Source: an uncultured delta proteobacterium
GTDB taxonomy: Bacteria; Desulfobacterota; Desulfobaccia; Desulfobaccales; 0-14-0-80-60-11
Reading direction: 5' to 3'
NCBI GenBank assembly: GCA_963812015.1
Contig: CAWETI010000003.1
Location: 1,792,001 to 1,856,000, forward strand
Length of the DNA: 64,000 bases
The first letter of the stretch is position 1, and every line of letters starts with the position of its first letter. Positions 1-9,988 of the stretch are shown piece by piece. The position numbers and the translations under genes were made by a program. Below the pieces are notes generated by a model. The model was not told the DNA's origin. It worked only from the letters and a program-made list of their open reading frames with translations, and searched no databases.

Positions 1-1062
1 GTGGTACTTGTTGGAGGTCTTGGAGCCCACGTACACGACCTCCGCCTCGGCCTCCCGGGCTGGGGAAACGGTTTCTGCCTTACTCACCGGCGGGCTGGCC
101 TCGGCACCGGCCTCGGAGCCTGCAACGGTTCCTGCCGGGTGGGACTGGGTGCCGGAATCGTCAGGGATGCTCGGCACCGTATGGCTTTCCAGGCTGAGAT
201 TATCCCGCAAGTCGAACTTAGGGTCGCCGTCGGGTCCTAGGCTCAAATTAGCCCGGAGCCGCTGCTCCCGGTCATAGAGCGCCAGGTCGGGAGACCCATC
301 GGCCCCCAAACCCAGGGAGGCGCGCCGTTTGCCTTGCCGGTCCCATAAGTCCAGCCGCACCTGGCCATCTTTATCGCCCAGGAAAGCCTGGATGACGCCT
401 TTTCGGTCGCGCACCACCAGGGCCTCTACTTCCAAAGGGCCGGTGGGGGCGGGCCGAAACAGCAAAAACGCCTGAGTGGTAAGGACCAAACCTAACAGCA
501 CCAGAATGGCCGCTTGGTAAAATTTCTGACGCGGATTTTGACGCGGCGAATTCTCCAAGTGGTCCGCTGCCTTGACCTTGGCGTCTCCCCCGTCTTGAAC
601 CGAGGCCGGGGGAGGTTCGACGGCGGCCGGCCTGACCGGCTCCTGGTCGGCGACCGAAGTATCAAACGAGTCCGGCGCGGGCCCTGGAATCTGGTCCGGG
701 GCAGGAGTGGCGGCAATTTTAGGTCCAGCCCCCGTCGATGGGGAACCCCCCGGAACCGTGAAGCTGAGGTCGCCGTGCTGGTCTTTGAGTTTGCAAAAGG
801 CCTCGCCGTTCTGGGTAACCCCTAACCAGACCCAGGCTTTGCCCGCCTGATCACTCAGGAGCAGGCCACAGGAACCGTCTGCTTCCGCGCTGATTTTGCC
901 GCGATATTTGCCCGAGGCATCCCGGAACAAGATCTTTTCCACCTCGATGACCCGCTCCAGGGGCTGCCCCTGACTTTTGAGGAGGTCGGCCAATTCCTCC
1001 CACTTATTCTCTAATTTGGCCAACAGGGCGCTCAGCTCGGTGGGCTCTGGGTTATCAGACAT
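1..1062 (-). CDS. Membrane-anchored hypothetical protein, 3' end outside the window; C-terminal YVGSKTSNKYH motif (Ada-like metal-binding domain start)
   Basis: Not in the ORF track because it has no stop in the window. Manual translation from ATG 1062 (MSDNPEPTELSALLAKLE...) is open to base 1, with GGAG upstream, a TM segment (AAILVLLGLVLTTQAFLLF) and Pro/Ala linkers. Confidence 0.75.
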   Translation of the reverse strand, partial: MSDNPEPTELSALLAKLENKWEELADLLKSQGQPLERVIEVEKILFRDASGKYRGKISAEADGSCGLLLSDQAGKAWVWLGVTQNGEAFCKLKDQHGDLSFTVPGGSPSTGAGPKIAATPAPDQIPGPAPDSFDTSVADQEPVRPAAVEPPPASVQDGGDAKVKAADHLENSPRQNPRQKFYQAAILVLLGLVLTTQAFLLFRPAPTGPLEVEALVVRDRKGVIQAFLGDKDGQVRLDLWDRQGKRRASLGLGADGSPDLALYDREQRLRANLSLGPDGDPKFDLRDNLSLESHTVPSIPDDSGTQSHPAGTVAGSEAGAEASPPVSKAETVSPAREAEAEVVYVGSKTSNKYH

Positions 1063-1233
1063 TTCGATGCTCCTGTTATGACAAACCTGATATCACTTCA
1101 ACCTCGAGCAAAAAAAGAGGCGAGGATAGACTTTCACGGGTGCCTGAATCGGCAGCAATCATTGATTTCATGAAACAAAGAGTTTAATTTTATCTATTAA
1201 ATTCAATAACTCATTCCGTTATTATTTTTTATC

Positions 1234-2426
1234 TTAAATAAAAGTGAAGCCTTTCTCAACGAATAATTTCAAACAAATATCTACTATTTCAGGGTCATAA
1301 AGAATACCCGTCTTGTTATAGATTTCTTCCAAGGCTTTGTCGATTCCCTGGGCCGGACCATACGTCCTGGCAAAATTCATGGCTTCCACCACGTCAGCCA
1401 CCCCTAAAATCCTGGCCTCCGGAATGATATCCGTATCGGTCAGACCGGCGGGATAGCCCGAACCATCCAGCCTCTCATGATGCTGCAAGATGGCCTGCTG
1501 CACCGGCCAGGGGAAGTCGATATCTTTCAAGAGATCAAACCCCGCCTGACAGTGAGTTTTAATCAGCTCGCATTCCAGTTGGCTGATTTCCCCCGGCTTG
1601 GTCAGGATTTCGGTGGGCACGGCAATCTTGCCGATATCGTGCAGCAAACCGGTGATTTCAATCCCTTCCAACTGATTCAGGGAAAACCCCATTTCCCGGG
1701 CGATGGCGACCGCCAGCTTTGCTACCCGCTGCTGGTGACCTGCGGTTTGCGGGTCCTTTATCTCCACCGCTTTGGCAAAGGCCTCCACCGTGCCGTGAAA
1801 ACTCCTTCTTATCCGGCTAAGAAGGGATTTTAACTGCTCTTCGCCGGCCCTGTACTCTCCCGCGTCCCGCAGCAGCCACAGCATCCTCACCAATTTGTCG
1901 TGGACATCCGTTTGGGTGCTGACATTGATGCTCACCGGCATCGGGGCGCCGTCCGCCACGTGCAGGTGCAAGTCCCAGTTCCGTTTCTCCCCCCCTCCCG
2001 CAACTGGATCAGGGTAGCCTGAAAGGCCGGACGGTCTTCGGCCGCAATATAGTCCCGTAAATATTTCCCTTTCAGGGAAGCGCGATCCACCTTCAGCATG
2101 GCCGCGGCCGCCGGGTTGCTCTCCTGAATGGTAATCTGGGCGTCGGTCACCAGGCAGGCCTCGGGAGCCAACTCGAAGAAATCCCGATACCCTTCGGCCT
2201 CCGGACCTAGAGGGCCTTTACCCGGGACCGTACCCGGCTCGGCTTGGACATCCGCTTCTCTCACCGCAGTCCGGAGGTCTTGCAATGATGCCGAGATATC
2301 TTCTATCACCCGGTTGAGGCGAGACCTGGATTGCCGCGCCGAACCCTCTCCTGAGGTCGCCTCGCTGTCGGTATGCAGGGCAGAAGACCTCGGACCTGTC
2401 GATGGTGGTGAAGTGTCAAAAGGCAT
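1234..2426 (-). pseudogene. PAS/PAC plus HD-GYP c-di-GMP phosphodiesterase-family protein, split by a frameshift (possibly an assembly error)
   Basis: ORF 1932-2426 has a PAS start (YRDFFELAPEACLVTD); ORF 1234-1971 has the PAC end plus LLHDIGK and HHERLDGSGYP. One extra G in the G7 run at 1989-1995 joins them (LREGGEKRNWDLHLHVADG). Confidence 0.8.
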
Positions 2427-2596
2427 GCGGTATCTTTCCTCTTCCCGAGCTGAATTCGCCGGTTGCCGGCGCCTCTTCCTGACTGCTTGTGTTCTTCTGG
2501 GGGCCCGGGTGTAGGGTCCCCGACGATTGACGATTCGAGTTCATTTCTCTAAATCATCCGGCCCAGTCAGCTTAAACATTCTCCTTGGGAATCCCC

Positions 2597-3661
2597 TCAG
2601 GTCTTGCGATTTGAAAAGGGATTCCGCGGCACCGTCCCAGGTCCGGGAGGGATGGTTAGCCGTCTCTTGGACAAACCCTGGGGCCCCGGTTTAGCCGGCG
2701 GCCCCCCCGGATGGCCGGCATGGTCATCATCCCGTGCTTCTTCAAGGTTCAACGCAAAAGGGACAATACTCTGGGAAGATGATGGGCCGGTCTGGCCTTG
2801 AGCCTTCAGTACCAAATTTTTCAGGTATTCCCATCGTTCCGGGCGTTGGCGCGCATCTCCGCGGGGGGCGTGCCAGAGCAGGGGTAAGAGTACCTCGGGG
2901 TTATGCAAGCCCACTTCCATCGCCGCCTGGATAATCCCTTGATAATAGTCCTCCATCAAAGGCGACGCAGCTGATAAAGCCTGGAGCAGCGGTTGGTAGG
3001 GCGAAGCCAGGCAATAGATCTCCTGCCAGGAAAGTTTGACCGCGGGCCGGGCCTGGGCCACCGAGGTAACGTGTTGCCATAAAAATCTCTCCACCGACTG
3101 GCTGGGAGGTTGGGGCCGTTTTTCCCACGGGGGACACAGCCAGCGCCACGGTTCCCTCGTCTCCGGATCGAGGGAAGGCGGCGCCAGGACAATTTGACCT
3201 TCTCCGAACCACTTGAACTCGGAGTTCATCCAAACGGATAACGAGTCAAAGAAGGGTGACGGCGGCCAGGCATAAAAGTGCTGTTCCCGGCTGGTTCCCA
3301 AGGCGGCGACACACTCGGCCCGCCAGACCCCATAACGGTCCAATAATAATTCGCCCCATCCGCTGGCAACTTGCAGGACCATTATGCCGGACCGCTTGCC
3401 GGTACGAACCGCTAAGTTTATCATAGGTCCCGCGAGGCCCGGATTCCACAACGAGTTGATTTTAATTTCTGGCCTTGCCGCAAAATCCACTTTCAGATCG
3501 GTCCCGTCCTGGGCGTCCAAGGCCGCCAGATCCCAACCTAATTGCTGATATTTTTCGGCATAACCCGCCATCACTTCTTTATCGTCAATAAGAGCTTTCA
3601 GGTTAAAGAGACTGTCAATTTCTTCCTGACGGATTTTGACTCGCCTGTCCTTAGGATCCAT
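2597..3661 (-). CDS. Bifunctional DNA primase/polymerase (Prim-Pol) N-terminal-domain-like protein with a degenerate active site
   Basis: Motif order YxxxGW...NLAVRTGKRSGIMVLQV...QHFYA...GEGQIVLAPPSLDPETREPWRW matches the Prim-Pol pattern NIGIxTG.SGLVVLDVD...HLYF...GGYVVAPPSxHPxTGxxYxW. Confidence 0.7.
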   Translation of the reverse strand: MDPKDRRVKIRQEEIDSLFNLKALIDDKEVMAGYAEKYQQLGWDLAALDAQDGTDLKVDFAARPEIKINSLWNPGLAGPMINLAVRTGKRSGIMVLQVASGWGELLLDRYGVWRAECVAALGTSREQHFYAWPPSPFFDSLSVWMNSEFKWFGEGQIVLAPPSLDPETREPWRWLCPPWEKRPQPPSQSVERFLWQHVTSVAQARPAVKLSWQEIYCLASPYQPLLQALSAASPLMEDYYQGIIQAAMEVGLHNPEVLLPLLWHAPRGDARQRPERWEYLKNLVLKAQGQTGPSSSQSIVPFALNLEEARDDDHAGHPGGPPAKPGPQGLSKRRLTIPPGPGTVPRNPFSNRKT

Positions 3662-4102
3662 TTGTCCGTCCTCAGTTGATGAATGGGGTCATAGCCTTTG
3701 ACCAGCCAACGTCCTCTCAATCTCGGAATGCTCAGTGACTGATGACTGGATTTTAAGGCAACCGTATTTTCTTACAATGGGGACAACTCCTGATATTCGG
3801 GTTCTATTTTACCTAATTTGCCTTCGGGACGAACCGGCTGCACCCCTTGATAGCCATCAACCTTGGTCACTCCCGCAGCCCAGATGGCGATACCGGGCTC
3901 GCTGACCACAAAATGGTCGGTCCGGCCATCCACCCGGGATGATCTTAATACTTCCCAAGGGAACCGCATTCCGAAAGCCAGGCAACCGTGGACAGGGAGA
4001 GGGGGGGTGGGGAAATTGCCGGTGCGGCGGCGTACCAGGTCGGCGGGCCCGCCCTCCAGCCTGGCGCTCCGATTACTGAATCAGGCAGGTACGGAGAAAA
4101 AA

Positions 4103-4750
4103 TTATGCCGAGGTCAAACCCTCGCGAATGGCGTATTTGGTAAGCTCGGCGACGCTCTTGATCTTCAGTTTAACCATAATTTGTTGGCGATGGGTTTCCA
4201 CGGTTTTGACACTGATGTGCAAACTCTCGCCGATTTGCGCGGAAGTTTTGCCTTCCGCAAGGAGTTGCAACACTTCTCGCTCTCGGGGTGACAATAGCTG
4301 AAAAGCTGAGGATCCTGCGGGGGTGGATGACGCCAGGTAATCTTTTACCACGATATCCGCAATCTCATCACCCAGATAAGTTTTATTGGACATCACCACT
4401 CGGATAGCCTTGGCCAGATCTTTGAAGGCGCAATCTTTGAGCATATAACCGGAGGCCCCCGCCTTGAGCATGTTCAAAACAAACCGGCGGTCGTCATGCA
4501 TGGAAAGCGCGATGATCTTGACCCCCGGCAGATCGGCGATAATCTGCCGGGTGGCCTCGATGCCGTTTAAATCGGGCATCCCCACGTCCATGATGATCAC
4601 ATCCGGGACTAACTCCCGGGCCAGCCGGTGCGTTATCCGGCCATCCTCAGCCTCCCCCACCACCGTGATGTCATGCTCCTTTTCCAGCATGGTGCGGAGG
4701 CCCTCTCGCATGATCTGATGATCATCGGCGACCAAAACCTTGATTGTCAT
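4103..4750 (-). CDS. NarL/LuxR-family DNA-binding response regulator
   Basis: Receiver domain (VADDH, MDVGMPDLNG) plus LuxR HTH (LSPREREVLQLLAEGKT...ISVKTVETHR). Confidence 0.95.
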   Translation of the reverse strand: MTIKVLVADDHQIMREGLRTMLEKEHDITVVGEAEDGRITHRLARELVPDVIIMDVGMPDLNGIEATRQIIADLPGVKIIALSMHDDRRFVLNMLKAGASGYMLKDCAFKDLAKAIRVVMSNKTYLGDEIADIVVKDYLASSTPAGSSAFQLLSPREREVLQLLAEGKTSAQIGESLHISVKTVETHRQQIMVKLKIKSVAELTKYAIREGLTSA

Positions 4751-5039
4751 AACTTTACCCCGTGCATCTGATCACCACGATTTAACCACTAGTACTTTAA
4801 TTTTTCCCAAACATGCGCTGTCATCGCGGTGCCAGGTTTTCTACTGCTTCAGGATACTCCTTTTTGGCGTGAATGGCAAAAGGGGATTGCGGGCAAAGTT
4901 ACAAAAAAGAGGCGGTGGGCTTCCCGTCCACCCTTTTTTTGTCGGGGACCGCAGGTTATCAGTTCAGGGTGGTTAGTCCGGGGACGTAGCGACAAGGGAT
5001 CGGCCGGCCGGCGCCGGAGGGGGCGCCGACCGGGCCGGC

Positions 5040-6635
5040 TTAACTGAGAGCACTCGGCGGGGGAGGCTGAAGCTTTGCCGGGGGCCGTGAGGCTACCTTC
5101 GAGGCCGCCGGTGGGGTCACCTTGACAGAGGCCGAGGTCGATTCGCAACTGGTCCGCTCCTGCCCATCTGACTTTAGGGGTACGGTCAGTATGACCCGGG
5201 TAACCTGCCCCGGGGGCGAGTCGATCTCCATACGGCCGCCGAAATAGTTCAAACGTTCCCGGATGCTAAACAGGCCGAACCCTTCTACTTTGCCGGACGC
5301 GGCGGAGAGCTTCTCCGGCGCAAATCCAACCCCGTCATCCTCCACGACTACCCGTAAATAGTTACCGTCCCGGCGCATGCGCACTTTGGCGCAGCTTGCC
5401 TGGGCATGCTTGAGCACGTTGAACAGCAACTCGCGCACCGCCCTGAAGAGAAGCACCCGGACTTCATTGTCCAGATCTTTGGATCGATCGTCATCCAGGA
5501 CTTCCACCGCCAGGCCATACTGCTCCTGCATATGTTCCCCCAGCCATTCCATGGTGGCCTCGAACCCCAAGTCGTAGAGGATGGGGGGGCTGAGTTCGAA
5601 AACCAACGACCGGGTATAGCGGATTGATTCATCAATCAGCTTCCGGATTTCTTCTACGGGCTTGGCAAAGCTGCGATAGAGAGTCGATTCCTGCATTTTT
5701 TCGAATTTGCCCTTGACCAATACTAGCAACTGGGCAATATGATCGTGGAGCACCGTAGCCAAGCGGCGCCGTTCCCGTTCTTCGGTCAAAGACAGTTCAG
5801 AGGCCAGGGATTGCAGCTGTTCCTGATAGGTGCGAATCTTTTCCTCGCTCTCCCGTCGTTCGGTAATGTCCTCAAACAAGGCGATGACAAATTGTGGTTT
5901 TCCCCCCGCATCCCGCACCAGGGAAATTGACTGCCGCCCCCAGCCGACCCAGCCGTCTTTACGGACATAGCGGGTCTCCAGCCGACAAACATTCTGTTGC
6001 CCCGAGAGCAATTGCTGAAAAGTCGCTCGGCTCAACTCGGCATTCTCCGTCGGGTTGATCCGGGTGAAGTCCAAGCCGCGCAATTCTTCTGATGCATAAC
6101 CCAGCATGGCCGACAGAGCCGGGTTCCCCTCAATTACCTGTCCCCGCTTGTCAATGAGGGCTATGCCGATGGCAGCTTCCCGAATAATGGTCCGGAACCG
6201 GGACTCACTTTCCAGCAAGGCCTTTTCCACCCGCCGCCTTTCGGCAATTTCCTGGCGCATCTCTTGGTTGGCCTTTTCCAGTTCAAAGGTCCGGGCTCCG
6301 AGCTTTTCCCCCAATTTGACGTTTTCCCGGCCAAAGTCCCGGATGAGCGTCTGGTATTTCACTAATATGAGATAGGCACAAATGGTCGCCAGGGTGCAAC
6401 CCAAAATAGCCAGGTAAACATTCGAGTGAACCCCGCCGGTATGAGGCAGGATAACGTCCCTGAACAACTGGAAGAGGGAAATGGCGACAATTACCTGCAA
6501 GCTGACCATAATCACCCGGGTAACCCAGTTATTGACCGTACCTTCGCCCTTATTGGCACTTCTAGATGCGATCCTGGGAGCCGGTTCACCCTCAAAGACT
6601 TTCGCAGGGTCCATAGACCACCATCCTTTCCCCAT
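5040..6635 (-). CDS. Membrane PAS/PAC sensor histidine kinase, HisKA_3 (NarX/NreB-like)
   Basis: Two TM helices, a PAS domain, EERERRRLATVLHDHIAQ H-box, N-box ELLFNVLKHA, DDGVGF and GFGLFSIRERL; lies upstream of its cognate regulator. Confidence 0.93.
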   Translation of the reverse strand: MGKGWWSMDPAKVFEGEPAPRIASRSANKGEGTVNNWVTRVIMVSLQVIVAISLFQLFRDVILPHTGGVHSNVYLAILGCTLATICAYLILVKYQTLIRDFGRENVKLGEKLGARTFELEKANQEMRQEIAERRRVEKALLESESRFRTIIREAAIGIALIDKRGQVIEGNPALSAMLGYASEELRGLDFTRINPTENAELSRATFQQLLSGQQNVCRLETRYVRKDGWVGWGRQSISLVRDAGGKPQFVIALFEDITERRESEEKIRTYQEQLQSLASELSLTEERERRRLATVLHDHIAQLLVLVKGKFEKMQESTLYRSFAKPVEEIRKLIDESIRYTRSLVFELSPPILYDLGFEATMEWLGEHMQEQYGLAVEVLDDDRSKDLDNEVRVLLFRAVRELLFNVLKHAQASCAKVRMRRDGNYLRVVVEDDGVGFAPEKLSAASGKVEGFGLFSIRERLNYFGGRMEIDSPPGQVTRVILTVPLKSDGQERTSCESTSASVKVTPPAASKVASRPPAKLQPPPPSALS

Positions 6636-7275
6636 TTGAATATACCTGCAGATTATTACTTTCCAGCCCCTTTACTCTGCCATTTTTGTCCCGAAAGGGA
6701 ATTAGGTGTTCCCTGAAACTCAGGGTGCGAAATCCTTAATTTCTGCTGCGGAAAACCACCAGTGCTCCTTAGATAAACATGAGGACCGTTCAGCATTAGC
6801 CCTGGCGTCCCCTGAGGCCAATCACTTTGCCCCCTCATATTTGCTTGCGGACATGGGCGCTATTTTCAACGAGATTTTCAATTCCGCCCTGTTTTCAAGG
6901 GGGACAACCCCGCTTCGGCTCAATGGGCGCTCCTCTAGGAAACTAACGCTAATTTTGGCAGTTCAGTTTGGAGATGGGGTCTCAAGAAAAGAACCGGGAA
7001 ACGCCTAAGCCCCAGGCTGGACCATCGGCCAGGCCGCCTGGGATGAAAGCGGAGGCGAACCCCAGGCGGTTTTTGGATAGTTGCAGGGAATGGTGGGTTG
7101 GCGGTCGCCTCTGGCGATGCCGGGCTCACCTGCACTGGGAGGGTCTACCCGGCGATTTGCGCCGAACCGCCGGGTAGGCGCTTATGGAGCCCGGTATGAG
7201 GATATTCAGAGAAGAGCCGGGACCCAGGGGACGCCAAAGCGCCCCGGTCAGTCAATTGCCTAAGCTGCGGCGGGG

Positions 7276-7479
7276 TTAAACCTTGGTCACGTTGATGGCC
7301 TGGAGTCCTTTGGGGCCTTCATTCACCTCGAACTCCACCTGGTCATCCTCCTTTAAGGTGCGAAACCCAGAGCCCACGATGTTGGCATAGTGTACAAACA
7401 GGTCGGGGCCGTCACCGCGTTTAATGAAACCATAGCCTTTGGCTTCGTTGAATCCTTTGACCCCGGCGGTAAAGACCAT
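7276..7479 (-). CDS. csp: Cold-shock domain protein (CspA family)
   Basis: RNP1 KGYGFI, RNP2 LFVHY and C-terminal GPKGLQAINV. Confidence 0.92.
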   Translation of the reverse strand: MVFTAGVKGFNEAKGYGFIKRGDGPDLFVHYANIVGSGFRTLKEDDQVEFEVNEGPKGLQAINVTKV

Positions 7480-7753
7480 AACCCGCCGCTCCTCTTAAAA
7501 AAAAATCGTGTTTCCTTCGCCGCCCTTCGGCCGAGGTGGCGCAGGCCAAAAAAAAACGGCCGGCTCCCGCCTTACCGTCGTTTTATTACTGTGTCGCCCC
7601 GAGCACTGCATAAGCGCTTGAATAAAGGATAATCAGCCATTGCCACAGCTTCCAGGAGCTGCCAGGAAACTATTGTCCGCAAGGCCGACTCGCTTGCGGA
7701 CAGTCGTTCAAGGAGGCGGCCCGGACCTCAGGAGTAACCCAGCCCTTTCTCCC

Positions 7754-8719
7754 TTAAAAGTGGTCGTACGGTATGCCCAGCAGCAGCCTGACGTGGTCCT
7801 CGGCGCATTCCGCCAGGACCTCCAGGTTATAGCCCCCTTCCAACACCGTGATCAGCCGGCCCTCGGCAGTTTCCTGGGCCAGGTCCAGGAGGAGTTCCCC
7901 CATGGCCCGGTATCCTTCCCGACTGAGGTGCATATGCGCCAGGGGATCCTTGGTATGCGCATCAAAGCCTGCGGAAATAAAGACTAATTGGGGCGCAAAT
8001 TCCCGCAGCCGGGGCAGTGCTTCCTTTTTCAAGGCCCCCAGGTAGTCGCTATCGTCGCTGTGGGGTGGCAAGGGCAGGTTCAGGGTGAAACCCTGGCCCG
8101 GGCCTTTACCCTCTTCCCGGCGGTAGCCGGTGCCGGGGTAGCAGTGTTGCGGGTCCTCGTGCAGGGACACGTATAGGACCCGGGGGTCCGCCTCGAACAG
8201 GTGCTGGGTGCCGTTGCCGTGGTGCACGTCCCAGTCGACGATGGCCACCCGCTCCAGGCCATATTTCTCCAGGGCGTACACCGCCCCCAGAGCCACATTA
8301 TTGAAAAAGCAGAACCCCATGGCCCGGTTCCGTTCGGCATGGTGCCCCGGCGGCCGCACGGCACAGAAGGCGTTGTCCACCTGGCCGCCCATCACCGCGT
8401 CCACTGCCAGCAGTACCCCCCCCACGGCCAGCAGCGCCGTCTGGTACGATTCCCGGCAGATGCCGCAATCCTGCACCTCAAAAATCTGTTTCCCCTGTTC
8501 ACAGGCCTCTTTGAAACGCCTGATATAGTCGGGATCATGCAGCCGCTCCACCCATTCCAGCGGGGCGTAGTCTGGTCTGAGGCGCACCAGCAACTCCAGC
8601 AGGTCGCCATCCTCCAGGGCGCTATGGATGGCCTTCAGCCGGTCGGGCCGTTCCGGATGCCATGAGCCCGGATCATGCAACAGGTAACGGAGCGCAAACA
8701 CATAGCCAGTACGACGCAT
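7754..8719 (-). CDS. Histone deacetylase family protein (AcuC/AphA superfamily)
   Basis: HPERPDRL, RPPGHHA, GFCFFNNVA, DWDVHHGNGT, SAGFD and LEGGY motifs. Confidence 0.95.
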   Translation of the reverse strand: MRRTGYVFALRYLLHDPGSWHPERPDRLKAIHSALEDGDLLELLVRLRPDYAPLEWVERLHDPDYIRRFKEACEQGKQIFEVQDCGICRESYQTALLAVGGVLLAVDAVMGGQVDNAFCAVRPPGHHAERNRAMGFCFFNNVALGAVYALEKYGLERVAIVDWDVHHGNGTQHLFEADPRVLYVSLHEDPQHCYPGTGYRREEGKGPGQGFTLNLPLPPHSDDSDYLGALKKEALPRLREFAPQLVFISAGFDAHTKDPLAHMHLSREGYRAMGELLLDLAQETAEGRLITVLEGGYNLEVLAECAEDHVRLLLGIPYDHF

Positions 8720-8864
8720 TGGTTTCCCCCGGTTTTTTCAAGAGTGCCGCCCGGGACGGGCTTTCACAGGGTACCCGAAGACCCGGGGGTTGTAAAGGAA
8801 ATTTGGGGCGCAGGTCAGAGACCCGGCGGCCCCTGACCGTGCCAACGGGCGGGGTTTTGCCGGG

Positions 8865-9443
8865 TTAAAGCAGGCGTTTTTCCACCACGTCCCATTTGAC
8901 GTTTTTAAAGAAGGCCTCGATGTAATCTGCTTTCTTCAGCCCGTAATCGGTGATAAAGGCATGCTCAAAGACATCCAGGATCAGAATGGGGTTGCCGCCG
9001 GCGGGGTGCCCCACGTCATGTTCATTGATCCACTGGTTAAAGAGGAGGCCCGATTCGATGTCTTGGTACATGACGACCCAACCGATGCCCCGCATGGACG
9101 CGGTGGCCTTGAAATCCTTGGCGCACATCTCCACCGAGCCAAACTGGTCCCGCTTTTTCTTCTCCAGGTTGGGAGCTTTGGACAGGTCGCCGTCCCCCCC
9201 CAGATTGGCAAAATAGAGTTCGTGGAGCCGCATACCGTTGAATTCCCACCCCAGGCGGCGTTTCAATTCGCCAAATTCAGGGGTGCCCTCCCTACCGTCT
9301 TTCACCATGCCGGCCAGGAGTTCCATGACTTTATTGGTATTGTTGACGTAGCCCTGGTAGAGGGTGAAATGATTCTTGAGGAGGGTGTCGCTGAATCCCG
9401 GCATCCCCAACAAAAAAGAAAAATCTTTGGCTCCATAGGCCAT
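8865..9443 (-). CDS. sod: Fe/Mn superoxide dismutase family protein
   Basis: HFTLYQGYV, LHELYF, GIGW and DVFEHAF metal-ligand motifs; start moved to ATG 9443 behind GGAGGA. Confidence 0.9.
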   Translation of the reverse strand: MAYGAKDFSFLLGMPGFSDTLLKNHFTLYQGYVNNTNKVMELLAGMVKDGREGTPEFGELKRRLGWEFNGMRLHELYFANLGGDGDLSKAPNLEKKKRDQFGSVEMCAKDFKATASMRGIGWVVMYQDIESGLLFNQWINEHDVGHPAGGNPILILDVFEHAFITDYGLKKADYIEAFFKNVKWDVVEKRLL

Positions 9444-9639
9444 ATGTCCTCCTTCCGGTCCCGGCGCGAGGACCTTGACGTTTATTGTTAAGATAGTGCC
9501 GGGATCATCCGATGCAAGACCGCGCTGGAAATTAAGCCTCTGGCGGTTCAAGTTTACCCGCGCACTGCCGACGCTCCCGCTTTTGTCCTTTACGTTGCAT
9601 CGTCCGACGGGATTCAGTATAGTAATGCATCTTAAAGGG

Positions 9640-9903
9640 TTAGTCGGAAGATTCCAGGTCTTCCGGGTCCAGGAGACCCTGCTGGATCAGGGCTTTTTCC
9701 AGTTGGGCCAGGGCCTGTTTGAAGGCGGGATAGAGCCCCACCGCCAGGGACACCCCTTTGCGGGTGGGAACCCAGTCCCCTTCCTGATCTCCCGGCACGT
9801 GCACCCGAATATCGATAAGGCGATGACCTTTAAACTCGGACAGGGAAAGGAATACCACTTCCCGGGCGTTTTTCGCAACCTGACTGATAACCTCGGACAT
9901 CAT
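9640..9903 (-). CDS. PC4/YdbC-family ssDNA-binding protein
   Basis: KNAREVV...SEFKGHRLIDIRVH...WVPTRKGVSL is the PC4 signature. Confidence 0.85.
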   Translation of the reverse strand: MMSEVISQVAKNAREVVFLSLSEFKGHRLIDIRVHVPGDQEGDWVPTRKGVSLAVGLYPAFKQALAQLEKALIQQGLLDPEDLESSD

Positions 9904-9988
9904 TACCCCCTTGCTGACTGCCTGAACCGGCAGTTTGATAGGGAATTGACTTCGCCTAAATGCCCGACCTTGTCAACCCCTTTTTGCC

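Noticed and set aside
6954..6972. TTGGCAGTTCAGTTTGGA as a sigma54 promoter
   Set aside because: The -24/-12 spacing is off by one and there is no convincing downstream plus-strand gene.
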